64,000 nucleotides of DNA, taken from contig JBAZIZ010000005.1 in assembly GCA_041651535.1 (NCBI GenBank), forward strand, positions 26,188-90,187. Direction: 5' to 3'. The translations under genes were made by a program, and so were the position numbers. Source of the DNA: Patescibacteria group bacterium. GTDB taxonomy: Bacteria; Patescibacteriota; Patescibacteriia; Magasanikbacterales; UBA922. The notes below the pieces were generated by a model. That model saw only the letters and a list, made by a program, of their open reading frames with translations, ran no database searches and was not told the origin of the DNA. Positions 31,969-41,633 of this stretch are shown here, piece after piece (positions within the stretch are counted from its first letter, which is position 1; each line of letters begins with the position of its first letter).

Positions 31969-32125
31969 TTTTGTCATACCGTAGCCCCGACGTATCGTCG
32001 GGGCGAAGGTATCCCTTAAATAGCGAATTATTACTATTTTTTCTTTAAAACAAAATATAATGTTTTTAAGATGTCTAAGGGATTTCTCCATCCCGACTTA
32101 TCGTCGGGATTACGAAATGACAAAA
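31969..32125. repeat. GTCAT...ATGAC MITE/REP-like element, reverse orientation to the 25539 copy, with nested palindromes
   Basis: Internal AT-rich spacer is a near reverse complement of the 25539 element; palindromes at 31984-32004 and 32090-32110. Confidence 0.85.
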
Positions 32126-32240
32126 GTTTATGTTAATTGTTTTTTAAGTTTATATAAATTCATCAGTCTGTTCTTATTTCCTAAAATAGTTTTTAAAAAG
32201 ATTTTGAATTTTTAATTTGTTTTTGTTATAATAAAAATGT

Positions 32241-32750
32241 ATGGATTTTATAAACTTATTTCCAAATATCGATTTATTTATTATAGTATTATTTTTTATA
32301 ATATTATTTTTACATCTGATATTTATTAAAAAATCAAAATTGTTTATTGATTTTATTTCAGTTTATACAAGTTTTTTATTTGTTGTTATTTTACCACTGT
32401 TAGATCATAGAATTAGAGATTTTGTTTTTTCTAATATTTATATCAGAGTTATTTTATTTGGATTATTTTTTGTTTTGATTCATATACTCTTAAATCATAG
32501 TAATATCAAAGAATTTTCAGCTAGAGTAAGTCCAAGTGATTTTTCTACTTCATTTGCTTACAGATTTTCTATTACAGCATTGTTTTTTACAATCGCTTTA
32601 TTATTTTTGCCTGATGAAATAAAAAATAATTTTGGTCAGATAATAAATATTTTATTTACAAATTTTATAGCGCTTCTAATTTGGTTTTGTTTGCCACTTT
32701 TGTTTATCTTTGCATATAGATTTAAGACTAGGAGAGGGTGGATCGAGTAA
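32241..32750 (+). CDS. Hypothetical multi-TM membrane protein
   Basis: 169-aa hydrophobic ORF. Confidence 0.7.
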   Translation: MDFINLFPNIDLFIIVLFFIILFLHLIFIKKSKLFIDFISVYTSFLFVVILPLLDHRIRDFVFSNIYIRVILFGLFFVLIHILLNHSNIKEFSARVSPSDFSTSFAYRFSITALFFTIALLFLPDEIKNNFGQIINILFTNFIALLIWFCLPLLFIFAYRFKTRRGWIE

Positions 32751-32851
32751 TTTAGGATTTTAGATTTAAGAATTTAGAATAAAATAGTCTGGGATAGGGC
32801 TGTTTTTTTGTTAAAATTTAGCTAAAATAAGGGAAAAAGGTGATTAAAAGC

Positions 32852-33032
32852 TTGACAAAGTGATAAAAATGTGATATTATGGTTTGTTATTTAAAATAAT
32901 AACAAAAGTTCTTTAAAAAAAACTCCAAAAAAGTTTATACACAAAACTTTCGTTTAGATAAATAAAATTATTTGTTTAAATGAAGGTTTTGAGTTTACTT
33001 TATTATTTTTTAGTTTGGAGATTAAAATGAAA
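32852..33032 (+). promoter_or_regulatory. Promoter plus ~120-nt structured leader, copy 2
   Basis: TTGACA-17-TATTAT; leader nearly identical to 20843-20964. Confidence 0.75.
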
Positions 33033-33413
33033 TTATTGACAACAGAAGAAATTAAGAAAGAATTCATGTCCTTTAAAGGGACAAAACTCAGAATTTTCTG
33101 GGGACAAGAGCACGGTCATTTACCTTGTTCACAGATATCTGAAGAAGGTTCTGTCAAGTTTTATATACTTGGCAAAGGAAAGGTAATGATTGAATGCCGT
33201 GTTGGCGATGAAATTACCTGGACAAAACCCCATAATCTTTCGGAAGAAGAAATGGAAATGCTCGAGGAGCGTTTTCATGAAGATTATCCAGAAGGTTGGG
33301 AAAAGTCAGCTGATGATTGGACTAAAATTGCCAATGAGTGCCACGAGCAATTGCTTTATGGCAAATGGCTTGACGATGGTCTGGAAAACTGGTATGCCAA
33401 TCATCCGGTATAA
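33027..33413 (+). CDS. Orphan acidic hypothetical protein
   Basis: GGAG SD then ATG 33027; 128 aa; AGGTCGGCA/TGTCGACCT terminator near 33500. Confidence 0.7.
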   Translation: MKLLTTEEIKKEFMSFKGTKLRIFWGQEHGHLPCSQISEEGSVKFYILGKGKVMIECRVGDEITWTKPHNLSEEEMEMLEERFHEDYPEGWEKSADDWTKIANECHEQLLYGKWLDDGLENWYANHPV

Positions 33414-33566
33414 TATAAAAAAAAGTCCCGTCACTTTCTAGTGATAATGGTTTTTTCTCTGCTGAACATTCTGTTCGGCGGGAAAAACCAACTTTTTTAC
33501 AGGTCGGCAGCAATGTCGACCTTTTATTTTACAAAAAAACTCGCCTTATAGTGAGTTTGTTTTTTT

Positions 33567-33688
33567 TAAAGTTCCTCCTCCTAATAGGAGGAGGTCAGGA
33601 GGAGGTTATTTAAAAAAAATTTTTTAAAAAATAACCCCACCCTAACCCCTGCCTATCGGCAGACAGGCTCCCCTAATAGGGGAGGGAA
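33567..33688. repeat. CCTCCTCC/GGAGGAGG REP-like inverted element with an inserted palindrome
   Basis: TTCCTCCTCCTAATAGGAGGAGG...CTCCCCTAATAGGGGAGGGAA; partial second copy at 38001-38064. Confidence 0.75.
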
Positions 33689-33697
33689 ATCTTAAAT

Positions 33698-34099
33698 CTA
33701 AATTCTGGAATCTAAAATCTTATTTACTTCAGCATCTGCCTCTTTATTTCCTTCACGATAAGTGTGTTTTATATTTACTTTTTTAAATTTTTGCATCAAA
33801 TTATAAGCTTCGATAAAAAGTTTTTGTAGAGTCGGTTCTTTTACTTTCCAGCGTCTATTTAATTGTTCACAAACAAGTTTACTATCCACAAAAATTTCTA
33901 GTTCATCAGCTTTTAATTCTAAAGCTTTTTTAAGACTGGAAATAAGAGCAGAATATTCAGCAAAATTATTTGTCTGTTTTCCTAAATATTCTCCGTAATT
34001 AGCTAAAGTTTTTCCTGTTTCATTTTTAATTACGATTCCGGTTGCGGCTGGACCAGGATTTCCTCTGGCACCACCGTCGGTAAAGATTATTAATTTCAT
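33698..34099 (-). CDS. rnhA: Ribonuclease HI
   Basis: FTDGGARGNPG, TNNFAEY, VDSKLV, NKEAD. Confidence 0.93.
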   Translation of the reverse strand: MKLIIFTDGGARGNPGPAATGIVIKNETGKTLANYGEYLGKQTNNFAEYSALISSLKKALELKADELEIFVDSKLVCEQLNRRWKVKEPTLQKLFIEAYNLMQKFKKVNIKHTYREGNKEADAEVNKILDSRI

Positions 34100-34157
34100 A
34101 TAAGTATAGTTGATAATTAAATTTTTTTAAAATATTTTTTATAATTTGTTTGTTTAT

Positions 34158-35930
34158 TTAGATATTCGACTTCTTAAGATCAATTATTGTATGTTGAATT
34201 TCTTTATTACCGTTCCAAACATTTTTATCAATTTCAAAAACAATATCAATTTTATCACCAACTTTTATATTTCCACACCAATTTGTTTTGTCATTTTTTT
34301 CATTACATAAATTCCAGCCAATAAATTTTTTTATTTTGCCATCTTTTCTTAGCATCATTTTTAAATGTTTACTGTCTTTGCCGACTCCCTGAAAACTAAA
34401 AATTTCTAGATTTTTTGCTAAAAATTTTGGTTTTTCATTATCTTTGCCAAAAGGTTTAAATTTTTCTAATAAAGTAAATAAATGAGCATCAATTTCATTG
34501 ATGTCAATTTCCATATCAATATTTAAAACCGGAGACATATCAAGTCCAACTGTTTTTTCTTGATATTTTTTTAGCATTTTTTGTTCAAAATCAACTAGAT
34601 TATCTTTTGTTTTTAAACTAAAACCACAAGCCATTGGGTGTCCACCAAATTTAGTAAATAATTCATTCATTTCTTGTAAAGATTCAATAATATTAAATCC
34701 ATCAATACTTCTACCTGAACCAGTTATTTCGCCATCATTTTCTGCCATGACAATAGTCGGTTTATAATATTTTTCTTTGATTTTACTAGCAATTAAACCA
34801 ACTATCCCTGTTGACCATTTTTGTCCAAGAAAAAAAATTATATCTTTGTTTTTTTGTTTTTTTTCTATATCTTTGATAACTTGATTAACTAATTCGTCAG
34901 TCAATTTTTGTCTTTCTAAATTATTTTGGTCAAGTTCAAAAGCCAAATCAACAGCTTCCGTAGCTTTTTTGGTAACAAGTAAATTATAAGCAACATTAGC
35001 ATGATTCATCCGACCAGCCGCATTTAAGCGTGGTGCAATCTGGAAACTAATCATTTCTGATGTTATCTCTTGTTTTTTTGTTCCATCTTCTTCTGCTAAT
35101 CGTGATTCTAATAAAAGTTTTTGTAGTCCAACTCTTTTTGTTCTATTTAAAATTATCATGCCAAATTGAGTCAGAGTTCGAGATTCGTTTAAAAGTGGAA
35201 CCATGTCAGCAATTGTACCGATAGCTACTAAATCCAAAAGCCATTTTTCAAAATATTCATGACTGTTCCCGTCATTAAGTTTATTATTTTTTTGTTCTTT
35301 GTGTGTTTTGAGAAGTCCTTGGGCAAGTTTAAAAGCAGTGGCGCAACCAGCAATATCTTTGCTTTTAAATTTTTTTTCCAGTTTGGCATGAATTATTGCA
35401 TAGGCATTAGGAATTTTTTCTGGAATTTCATGATGGTCAGTAATAATAACATTAATATTTTTTTCATTTGCTAATTCAATTTCTGTAAAATTACTAATTC
35501 CGCAATCGCAAGTAATAATTAAGTTTGTTTTTTCATTAGAAAGATTTTCAATAGTTTTTAAATTTAATCCATAACCTTCAGTTTCACGATGGGGGATATA
35601 AATATCCAAATTTTCAGCACCAATATTTTTTAAAGTCAAAAAAAGTATAGCTGAGGAAGTAACACCGTCAGCATCATAATCTCCATGAATTATTATTTTT
35701 TCTTTTTTTTCTATAGCTGTAAAAATTCTTTTACAAGCTTTTTTCATGTCTGAAAAAATAAAAGGATCTTGAACATGTTTTTCGTAATCTGGATTTAAAA
35801 ATTCCCCAATTGTTTCTTTGGTAAAAATTTTTCTATGAAAAAGTAGATTAGCCACAATAATGGGCAAATCTTTGTTTTCTTCTAAAAAAGTTTTAGGAGC
35901 TTCGGGCAAGACTTTCCAGATTTTTTGCAT
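34158..35930 (-). CDS. recJ: Single-stranded-DNA exonuclease RecJ
   Basis: GDYDADG, TCDCG, TDHH, PRLNAAGR, GSGRS, FGGHPMACG. Confidence 0.96.
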   Translation of the reverse strand: MQKIWKVLPEAPKTFLEENKDLPIIVANLLFHRKIFTKETIGEFLNPDYEKHVQDPFIFSDMKKACKRIFTAIEKKEKIIIHGDYDADGVTSSAILFLTLKNIGAENLDIYIPHRETEGYGLNLKTIENLSNEKTNLIITCDCGISNFTEIELANEKNINVIITDHHEIPEKIPNAYAIIHAKLEKKFKSKDIAGCATAFKLAQGLLKTHKEQKNNKLNDGNSHEYFEKWLLDLVAIGTIADMVPLLNESRTLTQFGMIILNRTKRVGLQKLLLESRLAEEDGTKKQEITSEMISFQIAPRLNAAGRMNHANVAYNLLVTKKATEAVDLAFELDQNNLERQKLTDELVNQVIKDIEKKQKNKDIIFFLGQKWSTGIVGLIASKIKEKYYKPTIVMAENDGEITGSGRSIDGFNIIESLQEMNELFTKFGGHPMACGFSLKTKDNLVDFEQKMLKKYQEKTVGLDMSPVLNIDMEIDINEIDAHLFTLLEKFKPFGKDNEKPKFLAKNLEIFSFQGVGKDSKHLKMMLRKDGKIKKFIGWNLCNEKNDKTNWCGNIKVGDKIDIVFEIDKNVWNGNKEIQHTIIDLKKSNI

Positions 35931-35948
35931 AACAATTCATTTTGACTT

Positions 35949-36047
35949 TTAATAAAATAAAGGCAAAATGGTAAAAAATAACATAGCAAAAACCCCAATG
36001 AAAGTAATGATTGTCCAAAGGATTTTCATTTTTTTTGATCCGTACAT
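35949..36047 (-). CDS. 32-aa single-TM microprotein (absent from the ORF track)
   Basis: MYGSKKMKILWTIITFIGVFAMLFFTILPLFY*, co-oriented between lepA and recJ. Confidence 0.55.
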   Translation of the reverse strand: MYGSKKMKILWTIITFIGVFAMLFFTILPLFY

Positions 36048-36068
36048 ATAAAATAATAAAATTATTGT

Positions 36069-37850
36069 TTATCTTTTTAAAACTGCTAAATAAGCTTCGG
36101 AAGGAATATCTACTTTTCCTTTGCCTAAAGAAAGCATTTTCTTTTTTCCTTTCTTTTGTTTTTCTAACAATTTTCTTTTTCTAGTAACATCTCCACCATA
36201 TAATTTAGCAGTAACATCTTTTCGAAGAGCTGATAATCTTTCGGCAGCAATTACTTTTCCTCCGATTGCTGCTTGAATTTTTATCATAAATTGTTGTTTT
36301 GGCAAAGTTTCTTTTAAAGAATTAACAATTTTTTTCCCGATACGAAAAGCTTCATCACGCCACACTAGAGTAGCTAGAGCTTCTACTGCTTCTTCAGCAA
36401 TTAAAATATCCATTTTTACGACATCTGATTTACGATATTCTTTATATTCATAATTAAGTGAAGCATAACCACTAGTAACTGTTTTTAATTTGTCATAAAA
36501 ATCAGTGATAAGAGAAGCTAATGGCATTTCATAATGAAGCATCGCACGTTGTCCAGCTCCGGTACTTAAATATTCAGTATTTTTGTATAATCCTTTTCGT
36601 TCAGCCACTAATCCCATTACATTACCAATAAAAATTTCTGGAGTAATAATATCCACATTCATCCATGGTTCCTCAATCATTTCAATATATTGAGTTTCTG
36701 GTAAACTTTGTGGACTTTTGACAATAATTTTTTCTCGATTTGTTTTATAAACATGATAAGCTACACTAGGAACAGTTGCGATAATATGTAAACCAAATTC
36801 TCTGACTAATCTTTCTTGAAAAATTTCTAAATGAAGCATTCCTAAAAAACCACAACGAAAACCAAAACCTAAAGCTTGGGATTGCTCTGGTTCGTAAAAT
36901 AAAGCAGAATCATTTAATTTTAACTTATCCATGGCATCACGAAGTGCATTGTAATCATCACCTTCTTGAGGAAAAATTCCAGCAAAAACCATTGGCTTAA
37001 CTTCTCGATAACCTGATAAAGGAGTGTCGCTAGGATTTTCTTTATGAGTTATTGTATCACCAACTTTGACATCACCAAGTTCTTTTAATCCTGTAACTAC
37101 ATAACCAACTTGTCCATTTTCTAGTTTTGGATCAGAAATCATTTCTGGAGAATAATGTCCTAAATCTAAAATTTCTGCTTCGGTTTTTGTACCCATGAAA
37201 TAAATTTTGTCACCTTTTTTTAATTCACCATCAAAAACTCTAACCGAAGCAACTACACCACGGTAATCATCATAAAAAGAATCAAAAATCATTGCTCGAG
37301 TTTTAGCATCTTTATTTATTTTTGGTTCAGGTACAAGTTCTATAACTTTGTCTAAAATTTTATCAATGTTTTCTCCAGTTTTTGCTGAACAACTAAGAAT
37401 TTCTTCTTTTTTACAACCAAGCAAATTGATAATTTCTTCGCTTACTTTTTCAATTTCGGCATTTGGTAAATCAATTTTGTTTAAAACTGGAATAATTGTT
37501 AAGTCTTGTTCTAAAGCTAAATATAAATTACCAATTGTTTGAGCTTGGACACCTTGTGTTGCGTCAACCAAAAGTATAGCGCCTTCTACTGCAGCGAGTG
37601 AGCGAGACACTTCGTAAGTAAAATCAACATGTCCCGGAGTATCAATTAAATTTAAAATACAGTCTTTATATTTCATTCTGACTGGTTGTAATTTTATAGT
37701 GATACCACGTTCTTGTTCAATATCCATTTGGTCTAAAAGTTGAGAACGCATTTTTCTTTTTTCAACAGTATTTGTAATTTCAAGAAATCTATCAGCCAAA
37801 GTTGATTTTCCGTGATCAATGTGAGCGATGATACAAAAATTTCTAATCAT
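36069..37850 (-). CDS. lepA: Elongation factor 4
   Basis: IAHIDHGKSTL, DTPGHVDF, GFRCGFLGMLH, LYGGDVTRKRKLLEKQK. Confidence 0.98.
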   Translation of the reverse strand: MIRNFCIIAHIDHGKSTLADRFLEITNTVEKRKMRSQLLDQMDIEQERGITIKLQPVRMKYKDCILNLIDTPGHVDFTYEVSRSLAAVEGAILLVDATQGVQAQTIGNLYLALEQDLTIIPVLNKIDLPNAEIEKVSEEIINLLGCKKEEILSCSAKTGENIDKILDKVIELVPEPKINKDAKTRAMIFDSFYDDYRGVVASVRVFDGELKKGDKIYFMGTKTEAEILDLGHYSPEMISDPKLENGQVGYVVTGLKELGDVKVGDTITHKENPSDTPLSGYREVKPMVFAGIFPQEGDDYNALRDAMDKLKLNDSALFYEPEQSQALGFGFRCGFLGMLHLEIFQERLVREFGLHIIATVPSVAYHVYKTNREKIIVKSPQSLPETQYIEMIEEPWMNVDIITPEIFIGNVMGLVAERKGLYKNTEYLSTGAGQRAMLHYEMPLASLITDFYDKLKTVTSGYASLNYEYKEYRKSDVVKMDILIAEEAVEALATLVWRDEAFRIGKKIVNSLKETLPKQQFMIKIQAAIGGKVIAAERLSALRKDVTAKLYGGDVTRKRKLLEKQKKGKKKMLSLGKGKVDIPSEAYLAVLKR

Positions 37851-38000
37851 ATTTTTTTAATTTTATTTGTCTATAATATCAAAAAAAAATGTTTTTAGCA
37901 AGAAAATGAAAAGCGAGTAAATGAGTAGGGTTAGTAAACGGGTAAGAAATTTTAGAATTTAAAAAACCTCGCATATACTCAGCGGGGTTTTTGTTTTCTT

Positions 38001-38064
38001 TAAAGTTCCTCCTCCTAGTAGGAGGAGGACAGGAGGAGGTTATTATTTAAAATAACCCCACCCT
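38001..38064. repeat. Partial copy of the CCTCCTCC REP-like element
   Basis: TAAAGTTCCTCCTCCTAGTAGGAGGAGGACAGGAGGAGGTTATT...AAAATAACCCCACCCT matches 33567-33643. Confidence 0.75.
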
Positions 38065-38126
38065 TTTTAATAAGGAAAATTTTTTTAATTTATTAAGCTT
38101 ACAAACTTATCTACTTACTCGCTTAT

Positions 38127-39047
38127 TTAAAACCACTTTCGTCTTTTGAGTATTAAAATAAGAGAAATAATAAAAGTTGCTAAGAGAAAAAAGAAAAACC
38201 AAACCATTTTTGGATTATCAGCGTGAGGTAAACCATCAATATTCATACCATAAATTCCAGATAATAAAGTCAAAGGAAGCAAAGCTACAGAAATTACAGT
38301 TAGAGCGCCAATAACTCTATTTGTTTTTTGGTTAATTATTGATTCCACGGTAAGATGTAAGCCATCGATTGTTTCTTTGAAAGTATCAACTATAACCCAA
38401 GTTTTGTCTAAATTATCTTTGATATCGTCAAAATAAAGACTAAGAGATTCATCAAGAAAATCTTTTCGGATATGAGATAGAGTTGCAATAATATATCTTT
38501 GAGGGTCAATTATTCTTAAAGAATTTAAAACATTACGTCGATGAATAGCTAATTCTTGAATAATTCTCAAATCTTGTTCTCCAGAAAAAATTTCATTTTC
38601 TACACTACTAATTTGTTTACCAAGATTATTTAAAATCTGACGACTTTGACTAAATAAAGATTCTAAAAGTTTATAAAGTAAATAACCAGAATTTTTGCTC
38701 ATCCAATTTTCTTTAGTTTTTTTATTATTCATACAACGATAAAAGAAATTTTTTATTTCTTTGTTTTTGCCGTGTTGAATAGTTACTAAATAATTTTCTC
38801 CAATAAAAAAATCAACTTCATGGGGGCTAATTTTTTTTCCGTGATGACGCCAATTTAAAAAATGTAAAATTAAAAAAACATAATTTTTATAAACGTCTAA
38901 TTTTGGGATCTGGCTTTCTGATTTTATGTCATCTAAATCTAAATGATGAAATTTATAATTTTTCTTTAAAAAATTTATAGATTCTTCATTTATAGAACTA
39001 ATATTAACCCAAGTCAATTGTCCATATTTTATTTCTTTGATAGACAT
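38127..39047 (-). CDS. corA: CorA-family Mg2+ transporter
   Basis: GIYGMN signature with two C-terminal TMs. Confidence 0.92.
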   Translation of the reverse strand: MSIKEIKYGQLTWVNISSINEESINFLKKNYKFHHLDLDDIKSESQIPKLDVYKNYVFLILHFLNWRHHGKKISPHEVDFFIGENYLVTIQHGKNKEIKNFFYRCMNNKKTKENWMSKNSGYLLYKLLESLFSQSRQILNNLGKQISSVENEIFSGEQDLRIIQELAIHRRNVLNSLRIIDPQRYIIATLSHIRKDFLDESLSLYFDDIKDNLDKTWVIVDTFKETIDGLHLTVESIINQKTNRVIGALTVISVALLPLTLLSGIYGMNIDGLPHADNPKMVWFFFFLLATFIISLILILKRRKWF

Positions 39048-39061
39048 ATTTTAAAATTATT

Positions 39062-39742
39062 TTATAAATCAACACTTATTGAGACGAAATCTGTAAAATT
39101 AGTAGTGGCATCATCATCTGAATAAAAAATTCCTTCTATTTCAGCTTCTTTTTGACTGAAAATAAAACTTTTTATATTATCACGTTGTATTTCATTTTTT
39201 ATTTGAAAATCTTTTTTTCTTAATTCGTTTTTGTAATAATCAAAAATAAAACTTTGTTTAGCTGGTAAATTTTTCCATTCAATAATATAAGTATCTTTGT
39301 GATCCATGATTGGTTTAAATAAAAATCTTTTAAATTTATCCCATTTAGTAAGTTTTGCTAAATCTTCTTTATTTTTTATATCTTCAATTGGAATAAATTT
39401 GTATTCTTTGTCAAAATAAATTACAAAAGGGGATAAAACTAATTTTGGAATATAAGCAATTCTTTCAGCTTTTTTGCTTTTTTCTTGCCCAGGAGTATAA
39501 GTAATTGATTCTAAACTATCTATATCGTAAAGTGGTATTTGTTTTATAAAAACATCAGGTAAATCTTTTAATTCTCTAGAACGAGGACCAGCTGTAAATT
39601 TTAAAATTGTTAAAGAAACAATGAAAAGAAAAACAAAAAAAATGAAACTAGTAAAACAAGCGTGTTTGACGCAAGATCTTTTTTTGTTTAATTCTTCGAT
39701 TGGTGGTTCTTTTATTTCTATTTTGTCTATTTCTTGACGCAT
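39062..39742 (-). CDS. Hypothetical single-TM protein
   Basis: 226-aa ORF with one N-proximal hydrophobic helix. Confidence 0.7.
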   Translation of the reverse strand: MRQEIDKIEIKEPPIEELNKKRSCVKHACFTSFIFFVFLFIVSLTILKFTAGPRSRELKDLPDVFIKQIPLYDIDSLESITYTPGQEKSKKAERIAYIPKLVLSPFVIYFDKEYKFIPIEDIKNKEDLAKLTKWDKFKRFLFKPIMDHKDTYIIEWKNLPAKQSFIFDYYKNELRKKDFQIKNEIQRDNIKSFIFSQKEAEIEGIFYSDDDATTNFTDFVSISVDL

Positions 39743-40024
39743 AATATATTTGAGTTTATTATAGCACAGTTGTCTTATTATTTCAAAATAGTTTTTAGTA
39801 AGAATTTATTTTACATTTCAAGATAGTTTATTTTATATTGAGTCTAAAGTCTAAAGCCAAAAAATAATTTTAGATTTCTGATTTTAGATTTAAGATTTAA
39901 CAATTAATTCATAAATCAAAAATCTAAAATCGAGAATAACCAGACTTTTGACTTATTGTAATATCTGCTATAATAAAATAATTAGATTAAGTATTTATTT
40001 TAATAAAATAATTAATTATATTTT

Positions 40025-41377
40025 ATGAAAATTAAATTTTGTGGAGCGGATAAAGAAGTGACCGGATCTTGCCATTTGTTAGAAACTAATAATAAAAAAA
40101 TTTTGATAGATTGTGGCATGTTTCAAGGCACTGATTTTAGTGAAGGAAAAAATTTTGATCATTTTCCATTTGATCCAAAACAAATAGATTTTGTTTTATT
40201 AACTCATGCTCATCTAGATCATTGTGGGCGTATACCAAAATTAGTCAAAGAAGGTTTTTCAGGAAAAATATATACGACAAAAGCAAGTAAAGAATTAGCA
40301 CCACTTATTTGGAAAGACGCTTATAATATCATGAAATATGATAATAAAAAATTTTCTTATCCGATTTTGTATGATTTAACTGATATAAAAAATGCAAAAA
40401 GTCTTTTGACTGGTATTGATTATGATAAAAAAATAAAATTAGCACCAGATTTGGAAATAGAATTTCAAGATGCTGGACACATTTTTGGTTCAGCTTTTGT
40501 TTCTATTTTTACAGAAAATAAAAAAATTGTTTTTTCCGGAGATATTGGAAATGAAAATGTGCCTATCATAAAAGAGACAGAAAAATTAATTGAAGCTGAT
40601 TATTTAGTTTGCGAATCAACTTATGGTGATAGATTTCATGAAAAAAGTGAAGAAAGAAAAGATATAATTTTACGTTTGATAAAAGATGGAGTACAAAAAG
40701 GTGGTACAATTATGATCCCAGCTTTTTCTTTGGAAAGAACCCAAGAATTTTTGTATGAATTAAATCGTTTATCTGAACATGAAAAAACTTTACCAAAAAT
40801 TCCAATTTATTTAGACAGCCCTTTATCGATTGATGCGACAAAAGTTTATAATAAATATCCAGAATATTATGATGAAGAAGCAAAAAAACTTCATATGATC
40901 GGCGATGATTTTTTACATTTTCCAAATTTAGAATTGACTTACACCAAAAGAGATTCAAAAAAAATAAACAAAATTAAAGGACCAAAAATGGTCATTGCTG
41001 GAGCTGGTATGATGAATGGTGGAAGAATTTTGCATCATGCCGCACGTTATCTTTCAGATCCAAATTCAACTTTAATCATTGTTGGTTATCAAGCGCAGGG
41101 AACTTTAGGTAGAAAACTTTACGAAGGAGAAAAAGAAGTAAATGTCATGCACCAAAAAATAGAAGTAAAATGTCAAATTCAAGCGATCGGAGCTCTATCA
41201 GCTCATGGTGATCAAAATAAAATTTTAAATTGGATTGGTAATTCAAAAAATAGTTTACAGACAATATTCTTTGTTCACGGTGAAGACAAAGCATTAACAA
41301 CTTTGGCTGAAAAAACAACTAAAGATTTTAAAATAAAAACAATAATACCAAGCGAAGGCGAAGAATTTGAAATTTAA
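40025..41377 (+). CDS. MBL-fold beta-CASP ribonuclease
   Basis: THAHLDHCG, AGHIFGS, FSGDIG, ESTYG, LSAHGD, VHGE. Confidence 0.93.
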   Translation: MKIKFCGADKEVTGSCHLLETNNKKILIDCGMFQGTDFSEGKNFDHFPFDPKQIDFVLLTHAHLDHCGRIPKLVKEGFSGKIYTTKASKELAPLIWKDAYNIMKYDNKKFSYPILYDLTDIKNAKSLLTGIDYDKKIKLAPDLEIEFQDAGHIFGSAFVSIFTENKKIVFSGDIGNENVPIIKETEKLIEADYLVCESTYGDRFHEKSEERKDIILRLIKDGVQKGGTIMIPAFSLERTQEFLYELNRLSEHEKTLPKIPIYLDSPLSIDATKVYNKYPEYYDEEAKKLHMIGDDFLHFPNLELTYTKRDSKKINKIKGPKMVIAGAGMMNGGRILHHAARYLSDPNSTLIIVGYQAQGTLGRKLYEGEKEVNVMHQKIEVKCQIQAIGALSAHGDQNKILNWIGNSKNSLQTIFFVHGEDKALTTLAEKTTKDFKIKTIIPSEGEEFEI

Positions 41378-41414
41378 AAATAAAAAAACAGCTTAATTAA
41401 AAGTTGTTTTTTTG

Positions 41415-41488
41415 TGTCAGGGGGGAGAATCGAACTCCCGACCTCCGGGTTATGAATCCGACGCTCTAACCGTCTGAGCTACCCTGAC
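41415..41488 (-). tRNA. tRNA-Met(CAT), elongator-like (Ile2 not excluded)
   Basis: GTCAGGG acceptor, TAGCTCAG D-arm, TT-CAT-AA loop, GTTCGA T-loop; no encoded CCA. Confidence 0.88.
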
Positions 41489-41505
41489 TTTTTTCGATTT
41501 TTTTG

Positions 41506-41577
41506 TACCGCCACGGGGAATCGAACCCCGATTACCAGGATGAGAACCTGGCGTCCTAGCCGTTAGACGATGGCGGC
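41506..41577 (-). tRNA. tRNA-Glu(CTC)
   Basis: GCCGCCATCGTCTAACGGCTAGGACG-CCAGG-TTCTCAT-CCTGG...GGTTCGATTCC. Confidence 0.93.
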
Positions 41578-41604
41578 GTCTGAACGCGGTTTTATTGTGT
41601 TAAA

Positions 41605-41633
41605 ATTATATACTTTTTTTTTGCTAATGTCAA
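41605..41633 (-). promoter_or_regulatory. Consensus sigma70 promoter for the tRNA pair
   Basis: Minus strand TTGACA-17-TATAAT. Confidence 0.85.
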
